Assembly: GCA_951406725.2 (NCBI GenBank)
Contig: OX597820.1
Coordinates: 127,844,001-127,908,000, forward strand
Direction of reading: 5' to 3'
Length of the DNA stretch: 64,000 nucleotides
Source: Octopus vulgaris
Taxonomy: Eukaryota
The stretch's first letter is position 1; each line of letters opens with the position of its first letter. The notes below the pieces were generated by a model. It ran no database searches. It was not told the origin of the DNA and was given only the letters and a program-made list of their open reading frames with translations. Positions 14,089 to 27,435 of the stretch are shown piece by piece. The position numbers were made by a program, and so were the translations under genes.

Positions 14089-14890
14089 CAGTGAGGGAGT
14101 GAGAGAGAAAGAGAGAGAGTGAAAGAGACAGTGAGTGGTGACAGCGTTCTTTTTGTGTTTTTAAATGTTTCAGAGAGGAAGTAAGGAAGAGAGAGTGAAA
14201 GAGGCAGTGAGTGATGACAGCGTTCGTTTTGTGTTTTTAAATGTTTCAGAGACGACATAAGAAAGACATGCATAACATTAACGTAGTTCCCAGGGAGATT
14301 CAGCCTCTCACAGAATATGACAAGGCTGGCTCCATTGAATTACAGCTACGACTTGAGACATATATATGAATGTATTTGTGTGTGTATAGTTTAGGTAAGT
14401 TAAAATATGTTTGCAATAATGTGTTGCGTGGTGGAATTAAACGCAGTTACCAAACTTTCATTCATAAATCCATTTATTATTTCGTTCGTTTGCATTTTAA
14501 TTTGTATATTAAGGTTCTTTGAATATGTACGATGTATTTTAAGGTTAAATAGTAATCCCGTTTACGTTCGTGTAACAGATATTTTGGTTGGATTATATAA
14601 TCATTGGTGTTACGATACTTTCTATATTGTAACTGTCACAATATACTTTTATAGGCCTGAAGTTTTTGTGGGGAGGGGGCCAGTTGATTAGATCGACCCA
14701 AATACACAACTGATACTTAATTTCTTGACCCTGAAAGGACGAAAGGCAAAGTCGATCTCGGCATAATTTGAACTCAGAACGTAAAGACAGACCATCATAA
14801 TATACAAACATTTCTCATGGCACCAGTACACTGTTTACAGATGCTTACATTCTTTTAATTTTTCCGTGAACTTTTCACGGGTCCAGCTAG
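13932..14890 (+). mobile_element. probable non-autonomous Helitron, interrupted by a family B SINE
   Basis: 3' hairpin ccgtgaa-ctt-ttcacgg (14864-14880) then CTAG|T at 14887-14891; candidate 5' A|TC at 13932; GA-rich interior like 19273-19978; 5' end uncertain. Confidence 0.55.
14655..14792 (-). mobile_element. SINE family B fragment
   Basis: gaaaggcaaagtcgatctcgg...tttgaactcagaacgtaaag. Confidence 0.8.
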
Positions 14891-14939
14891 TATATATTAT
14901 TATTATGATATATCATTATAAAGTTATATATACGTGACG

Positions 14940-15712
14940 TGACCTTTCGTCCGATGTCACTTTGTCCAACATCACTTCGTGCACGTCTTTTGATGCGACG
15001 ATGTTTTTGTACGACGTTTTGTCCAATTTTAAATAAGCTCTTTAGAAAACAAGGTGAACAGGAAAATCAAATAATCATTGAGAATTTTATTGATAGGATT
15101 CATGTAAAATACTGTGCAAAAATGTATTTGAAAAGAAAGTTCGCTATTATGCTACACAAACTTGCTGCTATGTTTTCCACCGCTTCATGCTTTATTTCTG
15201 AAACTACTTTTCTAGCATTTAACGAATCTACATCAGCTGGATGAAGATGCTTACCAGAAAAATAATTAATTTTCGGCTCATTGTTTTCCGTTACAGTGTG
15301 AATTCACACAGAACATAGCCTTCCTATCTCATATCTCCAGTATTCTTTTCCTAGTTTTGTACTGCTTGAATGAACATCGTAGATATAATTACTATCATCA
15401 ACTACTTTTCTTTTGTTTTTGGTCGATACTATGAACTTTCGGGACGGGTAAATTAAAAATGTGTACACTAAATTTGCAGCACACTCTATACACAACACCT
15501 TACTTAAGAGAGAAAAGGAAAAAGAGAAAGCAAAATTGTTAAGAGAAGGAAAAAGAACGATAATAATAATCTTATAATGAGGCTCGTTATAGTTCTGTGA
15601 ATATTTCACCTTGTTTTCTAAAACTGGACAAAAATCGTGGGACAAAAAAATGTCGGACGAAAAGACGTGGACGAAGTGATGTTGGACGAAGTGACGCCGG
15701 ACGAAAAAAAAA
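14940..15712 (-). mobile_element. internally deleted MULE-type DNA transposon with long sub-repeated TIRs and a FLYWCH-like domain
   Basis: inverted termini of about 110 bp (14945-15060 / 15604-15712) built of 15-bp ttcgtcc..catcac units; peptide VDDSNYIY...EYWRxE...C...H...HLHP. Confidence 0.75.
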
Positions 15713-15714
15713 AG

Positions 15715-15765
<51 letters not shown>

Positions 15766-15767
<2 letters not shown>

Positions 15768-18538
15768 TGCATGATTCGTTTACGGCAGATGGAAATAGTA
15801 TATTCTCCAACGGCTACTGTGAATCAGTCACCGTGCACAACAAAGCCAATGACCTGACAGTAATTGGGCTCTATAGGCCGCCCCAAACACCCATACTGTG
15901 CTTTAAAGAATGCCTCAACAGCATTAAGTGCTTTATTCAACAGTGCCATTCTAGCAACCTACTCATGATGGGAGACTTCAATCTACCCTGTGTTGACTGG
16001 ACTACAAACTGTTTGAAACCAAGCACTCCCGCCTCAACCGCTGACAAAGAAGCAGTAGAGTCACTTTTCGACTTTATGAATGAGTTTTTCTTGTCCCAAC
16101 TTGTCCTTGCACCAACAAGACATCAGAAGAACATTTTGGACCTAATGTTTAGTAACTACACTAACACTATACATAACATTACAGTGGGTAAAAAACCCTT
16201 CTTTCAGACCATGACATGGTTCTCTGTAACATGAAATTCCACCAGCCGAAAGCTAATCCTAGTGACCTCCCTCCAGCCCACCCATTTGATAACATGGATC
16301 TCCATAATGCCAATTGGGATGCAATCAGGAACGAGCTATCGCATGTTGACTGGTCCTTTACACATACACACATCTCCACCAACCATAAAACATCTTGGCA
16401 GATCTTTGTAGACACCGTCACAAACATATGTGCAAAACACTCCCCACCAAGACCTGTGAACAAAAAGTGCAGAATCCCCCAAAACAGAAAAATAAAAAGA
16501 ACAAACAAAAAAAATAACAAACTAAAGTACTGCCAACAGCAACACACACATTCGACGGCTATCGCACTGCTTGAATCCAAAAAATATAACCTCCAAGAAT
16601 GCATGAAGACCCTCATCAATAACCAAAGATCAGCTGAGGAGAAGTGGGCCATTGAAAAAATCAAACTCAACCCCAAAGTGTTCTTTTCATTTGCGAGGAA
16701 ACACAGGGTCACTGTCCCCATTGTTGGCCCTCTAATTGATGAAAATGGCACTCTCCAAGATAATGCCAAATCCATGGCCGAGATACTGCAGAAACAATAC
16801 TGCTCTGTTTTCAGCAATCCTGATATGGCCGATCTGGGCTGTATCAGTGATGTCAACCCCCAACACACTATATCGGACATAACGTTTGGTGCTCCTGATG
16901 TCTTAGCGGCGATAAACGAAATAAAACACAATTCAGCAGTAGGCCCCGATAGGTTCCCTGCTTGTGTCCTGAAGGTGTGTCGACACCAACTTGCATCTCC
17001 CCTTGCTAATCTGTGGAGAAACTCACTGGATGCTGGCTATATTCCAAAAAACCTTCTGTCCCAGTCTGTTGTCCCAGTTTTCAAAAAGGGAAACAAGTCC
17101 CTTGCAGTGAACTACCGTCCGATCTCACTCACCTCTCATATCATCAAGGTATTTGAGAGGGTGGTGAGATCTCGAATAACCCAATTTCTGGAAAGCAACA
17201 GACGGCTGATCTCTAACCAACATGGGTTCCGTAATGGAAGGGACTGCCTAACGCAGCTCCTGCATCACTTTGATGACATTTTGAGAGCTTTGGGAGAGGG
17301 CTCCAACACCGACGTCATCTACCTTGATTTCAGCAAGGCCTTCGACAGGGTTGATCACAAGATATTATTGAAAAACCTATCCAACATTGGTGTCTCTGGA
17401 AAGTTACTGAAATGGATCAAGTGTTTCCTGACAGACAGATCTCAACATGTTGTAGTTGAAGGGGTAAAATCAAGCCCAGCCAAAGTCAGTAGTGGCGTTC
17501 CACAAGGCACTGTGCTGGGCCCACTTCTTTTCATCATCTACATTAATGACATTAATGACATCATCAAGCACAGCAAAATAAAAATCTTTGCAGATGATTC
17601 CAAGCTACAGAAGGTCATAAATGAGGCGATTGACCGGACATGCCTTCAGTCAGATCTACTGGCTGTTATCCAATGGGCAGAAAAAAACAATATGCTGCTG
17701 AACGAGGATAAATTTGAGTTAATCCACTTTGGAAAAGAGGATGCCCTGAAACTCCCATACTCCCTTCCTTCAGGTGAAACTCTCGTGGCATCCAACAACA
17801 TCAGAGACTTGGGAGTAATTGTGGACAACAACATAAGCTGGGCCACTCATATAAACACCAAAGTTGACATGGCCCGCAGAATGTGTTCCTGGATTCTCAG
17901 AACTTTCCAGTCATTATCCTTCTCTTCTCCACTTTTGCCCGACCCCACCTTGAATACTGTTGTCCACTGTGGTCTCCCCACACAAAACAAAGTATCATAA
18001 AAGTTGAAGCACCTCAAAGGGCAATCACAAAAAAGATAGATGGCATGACAGGCCTCGACTATTGGGGTCGACTAGAAAAGCTAAAACTTTATTCTCTCCA
18101 ACGTCGCCGTGAGCGCTACATCATCTGCATGATGTGGAAAATATTCCATCAGCATTGCCCAAATGATGTTGGCATCACCTTTAAGGTACATCCAAGGCTT
18201 GGGCCCCGTGCCATCCGCCCAAAACAAAAATCGCACTCTCATCTCATAACAACAATACGGCAAAATCATTTCACCTCAATTGGCCCCACTCTCTTTAACA
18301 TTACACCAAAACACATTAAAACAGAAACAGACCCTATAGGGTTCAAGAAGTCTTTGGACAGATTCCTTCAAGAAATCCCGGATAAACCCCCTACACCCGG
18401 ATATGTCTCTGTAAACAATAACTCTCTACTTGAGTCGGCCATAGTGCCCAAATTCTGACTTGAAAGACTTCACCAGGTGGTGCTATTAAGTTAGACATGG
18501 CCTGGGCCAATAATGGCCGAAACCTATCAAAGTATAAA

Positions 18539-18540
<2 letters not shown>
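15766..18540 (+). mobile_element. 5'-truncated CR1-group LINE (APE+RT) inserted in (TA)n
   Basis: APE and RT ORF2, short 3' UTR, tail atcaaagt-ataaagt; (TA)n on both sides. Confidence 0.95.
15790..18458 (+). pseudogene. LINE ORF2 (AP endonuclease plus reverse transcriptase), frameshifts near 16195 and 17910
   Basis: YRPP, GDFN, LDL, SDH; NYRPISL, QHGF, YLDFSKAFD, GVPQGTVLGPLLF, FADD; RPHLEYC and LKLYSLQRRR. Confidence 0.95.
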
Positions 18541-18581
<41 letters not shown>

Positions 18582-19272
18582 CATTTATATATATGCATGC
18601 ATCTACGCATATGTGTGTGTGTATGTGTGTGTTTATACGAAGAATGAAGATACGTAATAAATGATTTAATTAGCTACACGTGTTTCAAATAAGAGGATAC
18701 AACCAAGTGATGCACAATGCTAATAACAAAATAGATATTTAGTTGATCCCTGATTTGGCCGACTAAAATGCCATAGAAACAATGGAATTAAGTACCATTC
18801 TGTTCTTATCAAAGCCAGAAAACCTCTGCCAAAACTATTATCCATTGTAACAAAGTGGGATATGGCTTATAGTAGTAAACTCAAATAGACTGTCTACAAC
18901 ATAATTGACCAATGTCCCAGTGAAGGAGAAAGAGAGAGAGAGAGTGGAGGGGTGGAGATGTGCTTATCAGATTTTCTTACTATAATGGTATTTAGTAGTT
19001 GTATGCTAGAAGCCAAAATAGAATTGAAATTTAGTCCGTCATGTCACTAAGTACACCTAGTTAATAGCGGAAGACCGACCGACTGTATTAAAAACACAAA
19101 GAAAGATTATTATCTATTAAGAAAGATAGTAGCCATTTAGGAAAATATTCTATTGATCGGCAAAATCAAAATTATATCCCATAAAATAAATAAATCAATG
19201 AAAAATAAAATAAAGCAAAACAAATTAAAGAATCAATTCAATATTTGTCAGTTTCTAGACAATTATATCAAA

Positions 19273-19978
19273 CTAGCGGGACCCTTGGAAATTCCACGGA
19301 ACGAAATAAATAAATAAAAGGAACTACTTTAGAAAGAAAGGATGATTTGCATTTTATTGTATTCAAATCTTATTGTTGCTTCTGCAATAAATGACAGAGA
19401 AATGCAATAACAATCTATACAATACTCAATACGTATACCATTCGTTAGTATACAATTCTATCTAAACTGCAAGATCAATATATAATTGCATATTCCTTAT
19501 TACGCAATATTTTATCGTAATTCCATAACATTATATACAATTAATATACACAAAAACAATATGGAGAATAATCACAACGCTCTTATTTGCATGGTTAGTT
19601 TCAATTCAATTGCAAATCAACAAAATTTTCATCTACTGTTAGTTTGCTAAGCTATTTCACTTCCAGTCACAATAATATATTACACAATTTCAAAAGTTCT
19701 GCTGAACACTTATATTGTTCTCTCTCTCTCTCTTCTCTCTTTAGGTCTTCATCAAACTTTTTAATCATGTAATTCCCTTCTTCAAGTTGTTAACATTTAT
19801 CTTTTTGTCTTTCTCTTCACCTCTAACCCCACAGCGTCATTAATGGAAGTGGCTATCTGCTTTCTCACTCACTCTCTCACTTTTAAACTCCCCTTCCCCT
19901 CCCTCTCTCCCCTCCTCCTCCTCTAACAAACTAAAGTGCAACGTGCGAACAAACGAACAAGCAGAATTATAGTATAAA
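19273..19978 (-). mobile_element. non-autonomous Helitron
   Basis: minus strand 5' a|ttTATACTATAAT followed by (TGTTCGTT)-type repeats; 3' hairpin ccgtggaatttccaagg then CTAG|T. Confidence 0.65.
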
Positions 19979-20244
19979 TATATGTTCATCCTATGAAGAA
20001 TGTGGTCGAGGGATCGATTAAATACATATTTTGTTATTTACAATGGTTGCATCAGTCTATTTGAAAGACGTGTAGCTAATCATATCACTGAAAATGCATC
20101 TTCATTTTGTATGTTCTTTCTAATATACTTTGTGATTAGTACACCGAATTTATTTGGTGTTCGACCCTCGGATTTACTAATTAGACATTTACTAATTAGA
20201 CATGTGCAGGAAGTGAATGACAACCTGTAGGGATTCCTGTGCTT

Positions 20245-20960
20245 TTAACTAGACATTTCTCTTATCAATGCGAATAGTGGTAAATGCAATTTCGGGCAAT
20301 ACGTATAAACCTTGTATCGAACTCCATCGTCCCCTGGTAAACATTTTGCTCTTGCTTTTCTAATGAACTCAATTTCTTTTCGACTGATGTCGCTCAAATC
20401 GAATGGTACTCTTGGCTCAGACTTCTTCAACCTCAGCTTTTTTAGGAGTACTTTATCAGTGTCGCTGTATGTCTCTTTAAGATGGCGTTTGAGCTCTTCT
20501 TTAGTGCAAACTAATGTTCCGCTCTTACTTTCGGTAAACAAACGTTTAGCATATTGATGTGGGTTGTATATATACATATAGTTCTTTTCTCTCTCCTTTC
20601 TTCTGTTCTTCTTTCTTGCCTTCCTTAGTTGCTCTCCATGCCTCTTTTTTTATCACTTCATATAGTTTTTTCAGCCCTTCTCTTTCCCCCTTCTTTGCAT
20701 TACTCTATCCGGTTCTTAGTTTTTTCTTCTTCTCTTCTCGTAACATTGCCATCTATCTTTCTCTCTTCGATGGTCCAACCTTTGCCGATGATTCTCTGCT
20801 CCCTGTTATTTCAAGTTCAAATATTTTCTTTCCTTCCCGATAGATTAGGTTAACCAAGTCCCAGAGCTTTTCTTCGTCGTCCCCTTTGAATTTGGTAGTC
20901 ATTCTTGCTATCTTGTCGTCCATATTTCTTATAGCTAGCTGCATCATTTGCCTTCGGCCA
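20245..20960 (-). mobile_element. HERO-clade (R2 superfamily) non-LTR fragment, pre-RT region
   Basis: NPHQYAKRLF..KSGTL..KEEL..HLKETYSD and KARAKCLPGDDGVRYKVYTYCP; clade assigned from memory of HERO proteins. Confidence 0.75.
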
Positions 20961-21066
20961 CTTAATCTTTGGCTTCACGCCTATCTCTTTTCCTGATGTT
21001 CCGATTCAACACACACACACATACACACCACACCACACACACACGCATATATATGCATGTATGTAT

Positions 21067-21117
<51 letters not shown>

Positions 21118-21224
21118 TACACACTCACATACAGGCATACGTACACACACACGCGCGCACATACTCACGCAGGCACAGATACATATGCATGTATGCATGT
21201 GTGTGTATATATACATATATGTTC

Positions 21225-21430
21225 TTTTATTCTTTTATTCTTTTAAATCGTTTCAGACATTTGACTGCGGCCATGCCGGAGCACCACCTTTAGTCGAACA
21301 AATCGACCCCAGGACTTATTCTTTGTAAGCCTAGTACTTATTTTATCGGTCGACTCGCTAGGCTACGGGGACGTAAAAACATCAACATCTATTGTCAAGC
21401 GACCGTGGGGAGACAAACACAGACACACAA
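21225..21430 (-). mobile_element. SINE family A, 3' half
   Basis: gactgcggccatgccggagcaccacctttagtcgaacaaatcgacccc. Confidence 0.9.
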
Positions 21431-21467
21431 ATGCATGCATACATACATACATACATACATACATACT

Positions 21468-21624
21468 TGTGGTTGCGTGGTAAGTAGCTTGTTTACCAAC
21501 CACATAGTTCCGGGTTCAGCACCAATGGGTGGCACATTGGGCAAGTGTCTTCTACTATAGCCTTGGGCCGACCAAAGCTGTCTGAGTGGATTTGGTAGAC
21601 GGAAACTGAAAGAAGCCCGTCGTA

Positions 21625-21693
<69 letters not shown>

Positions 21694-21900
21694 ATATGTT
21701 TGTGTGTCTGTGTTTGTCCCCCTAACATCGCTTGACAATCGATACTGGTGTGTTTATGTCTCCATAAGCTAGCGGTTCGGCGAAAAGAGACCGATAGAAT
21801 AAGTAATAGGCTTACAAAGAATAAGTCCTGGGGTCGATTTTCTCGACTAAAGGCGGTGCTCCAGCTTGGCCGCAGTCAAATGAGTGAAGCAAGTAAAGGA
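21468..21900 (+). mobile_element. SINE family A
   Basis: tRNA-like head, ttgggcaagt core, central (TA)n and conserved tail. Confidence 0.92.
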
Positions 21901-21908
21901 ATACATAC

Positions 21909-21939
<31 letters not shown>

Positions 21940-21940
21940 A

Positions 21941-22358
21941 ATACAAAACTATGAGAGAGAATCCACTATGTGGACGCTCTAACGCTAGATATAGATCTGC
22001 AAAGGGAATCCACCACCAAAGAATTGTTCTCAAGAAATAATCCAACTGTGAATATAATCGGCTGTACTGTTCGCCTCTATTCAGCATCGTGTTGATTTTG
22101 CCGTGCAGTTCGACAAATTATATTTTGATGTACTTTACTGAAGATTCGAAAATATTTACGTAAGTAAAATTACATAATTTATTAACGATGAAACAATTGT
22201 ATAGAGTTAATCTGTTTTTTCGTTTGTCCTGCTCGCTTACGTTCTTGGTTGTGTTGGATTATTTCTTGAGAGCAATTCTTTGGTGGTGGATTCCCTTTGC
22301 GGATCTATATCTAGCGTAAGAGCATCCACATAGTGGATTCTCTCTCATAGTTTTGTAT
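21941..22358. repeat. foldback element, 106-bp inverted arms with a 206-bp spacer
   Basis: 21941-22046 is the reverse complement of 22253-22358 with few mismatches. Confidence 0.9.
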
Positions 22359-22492
22359 CAATAATATTTACTGAATCCCAGTCTTTTATACGCTAGGCCA
22401 CTTGGTGTTTAAATTGATGTTATTAATTAATATCCAATTTTTTCACCCTTATTTTGACTTATATATATATATATATATATATATACATACAC

Positions 22493-22538
<46 letters not shown>

Positions 22539-22621
22539 ATATATATATACATATACATACATACGTACATACATACATACATACATACATACATACATAC
22601 GTACATACATACATACATACA

Positions 22622-22652
<31 letters not shown>

Positions 22653-23010
22653 GCACACATACTGCCACATACATGCATATACAGCTATGAGTGTATGTAT
22701 GCATGTATGTATGCATCCCGGGAACAGCTTATGAAGTAAATACACACTGGTTACATATAAGATGGACTCGCTATCAAAGATTTCATAGAAGAGAACACAA
22801 AATGCATTCTGCTCAATCATAAGTAAACATGAATGTTACACTACAAAAGCATTATGAATAATAATGATCTTGTTAACAAGAGCCAATCTCAAACTATTAT
22901 CCTCATAATCTTGCTGCAAATGAACATTGTGACTTCTAAATGTAAAAATTGTAAACTTGACTGTTAGACAGGTCGTTAAATTACGGCTATTTTTCGGCAA
23001 ATCTCCACAT

Positions 23011-23408
23011 AGGCGCGGGAGTGGCTGTATGGTAAGTAGCTTGCTTACCAACCACATGGTTCTGGGTTCAGCACCAATGCGTGGCACATTGGGCAAGTGT
23101 CTTCTACTATAGCCTGGGGCCGACCAAAGCCTTGTGAGTGGATTTGGTAGACGGAAACTAAAAGAAGCCCATCGTATATATGTACATGTATATATATATA
23201 TATATGTGTGTGTTTGTCCCTCCAACATCGCTTGACAACCGATACTGGTGTATTTACGTCCCCGAAACTTAGCGGTTCGGCAAAAGAGACCGATAGAATA
23301 AGTATTGGGCTTACAAAGAATAAGTCCTGAGGTCGATTTGCTCGACTAAAGGCGGTGCTCCTCCATGGCCACAGTCAAATGACTGAAACAAGTAAAAGAG
23401 TAAAAGAA
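23011..23408 (+). mobile_element. SINE family A, full length
   Basis: A box tggctgtatgg, B box ggttcagcacc, core and gtaaaaga tail repeat. Confidence 0.95.
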
Positions 23409-24263
23409 TATAGGAATTAACTACAAGTTGTAATCACAAAGTACTACATCACACAATGTAACAACGCAAGACTTAAATTTCTCTGCCAAAAGATATTAAT
23501 TGTGGAAGCCATATCGATATTGCAAATCAGTGCAAAACTTACTATATTGACAAGCAAAAGTTAATTTTTATTTACTGAAAGAAAACTTGAATCAAAGGTC
23601 AAAATTTCAAATTGTGGTAATGTCCCCATTGAAAAACTATCACTATTATTACACCTGTCAACATAGGTCATGGGAAGATAATTAAGAGAAAACCGATGAA
23701 CCATGAAGATTTTATTGTTGTAAACAATATTTAAAGAACCCACAAGAAATTAAGTTAAATCTTTTGCTAGTCTTGTGTATTACTCGTACATATGTTACGG
23801 AGGATCTATTTCCCTGTCGTCCACGCATCATATATAACGCACATTGCCAATTTTTTCAACCACCAGAGTAATTTAGGACTTATGAAAGGAAAGCTTTCTA
23901 CTACCCAGAATGAATGAAACTAAGGGTAGCTGAATATCTGAATACAATCGTGGACGTTTAGAACAAACTTGTGAAATGCTTTGGAAAGGCAAGGGATTAA
24001 TTAAATAATCCCCATTAAAAAGGGTTTAACTGGAGCAGAGATGCATATCAATCTAATGCATAAATACAAATGCACTCCCATACTCTAAGGTACACATACA
24101 CTCACATGCACACGCAAACACACACACACACACTCACACACACACACATATACACACACAAACACACACATGGACACACTAACAAACACTCTCACACACA
24201 GGCACGCACACATAAACACACACACACACACACACTCACATATGCAGACACACACATATATTT

Positions 24264-24433
24264 GAAGAAGAAGAAGAAGAAGAAGAAGAAGAAGAAGAAG
24301 AAGAAGAAGAAGAAGAAGAAGAAGAAGAAGAAGAAGAAGAAGAAGAAGAAGAAGAAGAAGAAGAAGAAGAAGAAGAAGAAGAAGAAGAAGAAGAAGAAGA
24401 AGAAGAAGAAGAAGAAGAAGAAGAAGAAGAAGA
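24264..24433. repeat. (GAA)n microsatellite
   Basis: direct inspection. Confidence 0.97.
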
Positions 24434-25640
24434 AACTTACCTCCCAAATTTTCAGAACGTTAAATGTCTTGCTTGCATCTCACAAATCTTTATCTACGAT
24501 TATCTATCAGAAGATCACGTGGTTGTAAAGATCAATTATTGATCATCAAAATCTTAACTGAAAGAGAAAGAGGGTCTGCGTATAGGATGGAGAATTGCCA
24601 GAAGGCTTTGACTGTTCAACGTCCATGGATTCTGGGAAGCATTATTCATTAGTGGGGTTACACCAACAACATGCAGGGGCGTTAAATACATGAATAAACA
24701 GTAAACAATTCTGTAGATTCCAAGAGAATTCCCATATGCCATTTTTTTTTTGTCTGGTGTTAACACCTCTAATAAACTTGTTAAACTAGGACTCAGCTCG
24801 GATAAAAATACCATGGGAGGACAATTAACTGTCTTTTCTATGTTGTACGTTGCAGATAAAAACACTGGGAAAATGCTATGACATAGAGTAGACGTATCGC
24901 TAGAAGAAATTATAAGAAATTTGGTTTAGACATATACTCAAGGGAAACGTGATGAATAGAAAATAAAGTAGCCCTGCTAATGATCAAGTTATGAAAGAAA
25001 ACGGATTATTAGAATTAGATCAAACGCAGACTTACACAGACCTCAAAATTAATTATCTATACAGAGTACAGCATACACATTAATGAAAGAAAAGTTGAGG
25101 AATGAATATTTTAGATATATTAAATTATTTAAAACCTAGCTATATATGAAAAAATATGGTAATGAGCATTAGTATTTTAGCTGTTCGTGTAATAAGTTAT
25201 AGTTATAGACTCAACTAGTTGTTAAGTTAGTTAACAATATTGGAAAACGAGAAATATAATTTCAAAGGATAATACTTACCAAGAATATTGGGACATACGA
25301 AACATATCTAGTAAAGAACAAAGAGAAACTAACACAAACAGCTGAAAAATATGAACAAAACAACACTGAACTCCGTCTTCAAAGAAGCCATGGCATCCTC
25401 TGAGATATGCCAATTCACACAAACAGGGAAATTAAGACTATTGGTTAGAATATTGTTGTAAAGTATTGTCAGTAAAAGAAGTCGCTTCTGATCACTGTAT
25501 CAGTCCCAACAGACGATGCACTATATCACTGTAAAACATGGAAGCTTTGTTATTGCACAAACGTTTGGAAATTGAGATGGGAATTTAAAACAGACAATTC
25601 CCATAATGTTAGATATGATTTAAAAAGAACAGCCAGAGAA
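24434..25640 (+). mobile_element. eroded R4/Dong-like RT-REL fragment
   Basis: RGCKDQLLI and QKAxD..xPWIL; DMPIHTNREIKT..IVV..SVP matches 30956-31160. Confidence 0.7.
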
Positions 25641-26327
25641 GGCGATGCTACCTGGTTCCGGTAGGTAGTCATTTACTAGCGCTATTGAACAGGTTCTGTT
25701 GTACAATACAGTGATCCAACCATTCAACATTGCCAAATGCCGATCATCGAATGCATTGAATTTCTTCGAATCAATCAGTTCCTCTTTCAAAGCCAGATCT
25801 AAGCTCGATCTTTCGCTGTCAAGTCAGTTTTTACGTGCTAAACGGCACGAAAAAATGTTCCTTAACTTAGTTTGAGGGAAATTCAAAATACTCATAGGAA
25901 ACTGTAGATATTCCAGTCTTTTAGTTGTCCTGCTGGGTTGCATTATTATTATTGTTGTTGTTGTTGTTGTTGTTAATGATAATGCTGAAGATGATAATTT
26001 AAAGACGGAGTATTATTGATTATATCTTCGATGGTAATTGACTTTATCAACCCAGGAAAAGATGAAAAGCCAGGTGGAGGTCAGCGAGATTTGATTTCAG
26101 AATAACTTCAACTACAACAAGTATCACCAGTAACTCGACAATATAAAGTAGATGACGTTGTATTAGCCACTCATAACGTGAAGTGATGTTGCTAGATACC
26201 ACCTCACTCAGTATTCTGCCGTTTTTACAAAAAACAAATTTCCTTCTTTGAACACTGCAATGATTTCCCCACCAATCATACACACCACTTACACTGAACT
26301 TTTAATTTCTATCTGTTATCATTTATT

Positions 26328-26500
26328 TTGTACTTGTTTCAGTCATTAGACTGCGGCCATGCTGGGGCACCGCTTTGAAGGATTTGAGTCGAATGAATCG
26401 ATATCAGTACCTTTTTTCTTTAAAGTCTGGTACTTATTCTATGGGTCACTTTTGCCGAACCGCTAAGTTTCGGGGATATCAACACACCAATACTAGTTAC
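26328..26500 (-). mobile_element. SINE family A, 3' fragment
   Basis: homology to other copies. Confidence 0.85.
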
Positions 26501-26530
26501 CATAAACTTTTATGGTAAAAAATATATACA

Positions 26531-26742
26531 CTGACAACCGGACTTAGCCAACACATCGTGCGGTTGAGTAGTCACTACTGACGATCCTACGACTGATAGG
26601 CGAAACTAGTCCAGTCTAGTGATCAAAAAGACGCTCATGGACCAGTTATTTTCTAAGTCAGTGAATATATATTGCTTCTTACAGCATTAAGAGGTTTTAA
26701 CTCTTATTTCTTACAATATAGATGATTCGGCACCCTCAGTCA
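26531..26742 (+). repeat. dispersed repeat of about 210 bp carrying a hammerhead motif (26572-26623); second copy at 36205-36420
   Basis: cacta-CTGACGA-tccta..tagg c-GAAA-ctaGTC-..tagtg; palindromic helix III ACTAGT. Confidence 0.7.
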
Positions 26743-26804
26743 GAATTAGTGACAATGAAATTTTTCCTTTATAGTATTATATTTCTCCTAGGTGTTTATA
26801 TTAA

Positions 26805-26899
<95 letters not shown>

Positions 26900-26968
26900 C
26901 AAAATTAGGGTGAATACTTGATAAGTGTAAGCACCTGTATACGCCAGCTAGTGGCAGAGGTGAGAGGG

Positions 26969-27435
26969 TATATATCAAATAAAATCAAAAGCAGAACACA
27001 AAGGATGTCGCGGTACATGTGTTTCAAGCTTTATAAACGACCTGTTCTTACATCAGTATATAATAGATATAAAAGATGGTTTAAAGCTCTCTTCAGCCGC
27101 ATGCATTGTTATTCCAAAGAGTTACATCACACTATAAAAAATATGAAAAGTACATGTAGTATTATCCATAATAGTAGGTATATTATATCTCCCTAAGAAA
27201 ATGTATTTGTAAAATTTCACAACCAAAAAGGCGTGTAGAGTATCATTGGATTTCGAAATGCACTTTTCATATTTTTCATAGCGTGATGTAACTCTTTGGA
27301 ATAACAATGCATGCGGCTGAAGAGAGCTTTAAACCATCTTTTATATCTATTATATACTGATGTAAGAACAGGTCGTTTATAAAGCTTGAAACACATGTAC
27401 CGCGACATCCTTTGTGTTCTGCTTTTGATTTTATT

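Noticed and set aside
16179-16931. 250-aa minus-strand ORF
   Set aside because: antisense shadow of LINE ORF2
18670-18820. minus-strand hammerhead (gaaacacgtgta), with a similar trace at 3681-3710
   Set aside because: no recognisable CUGANGA core at a foldable position
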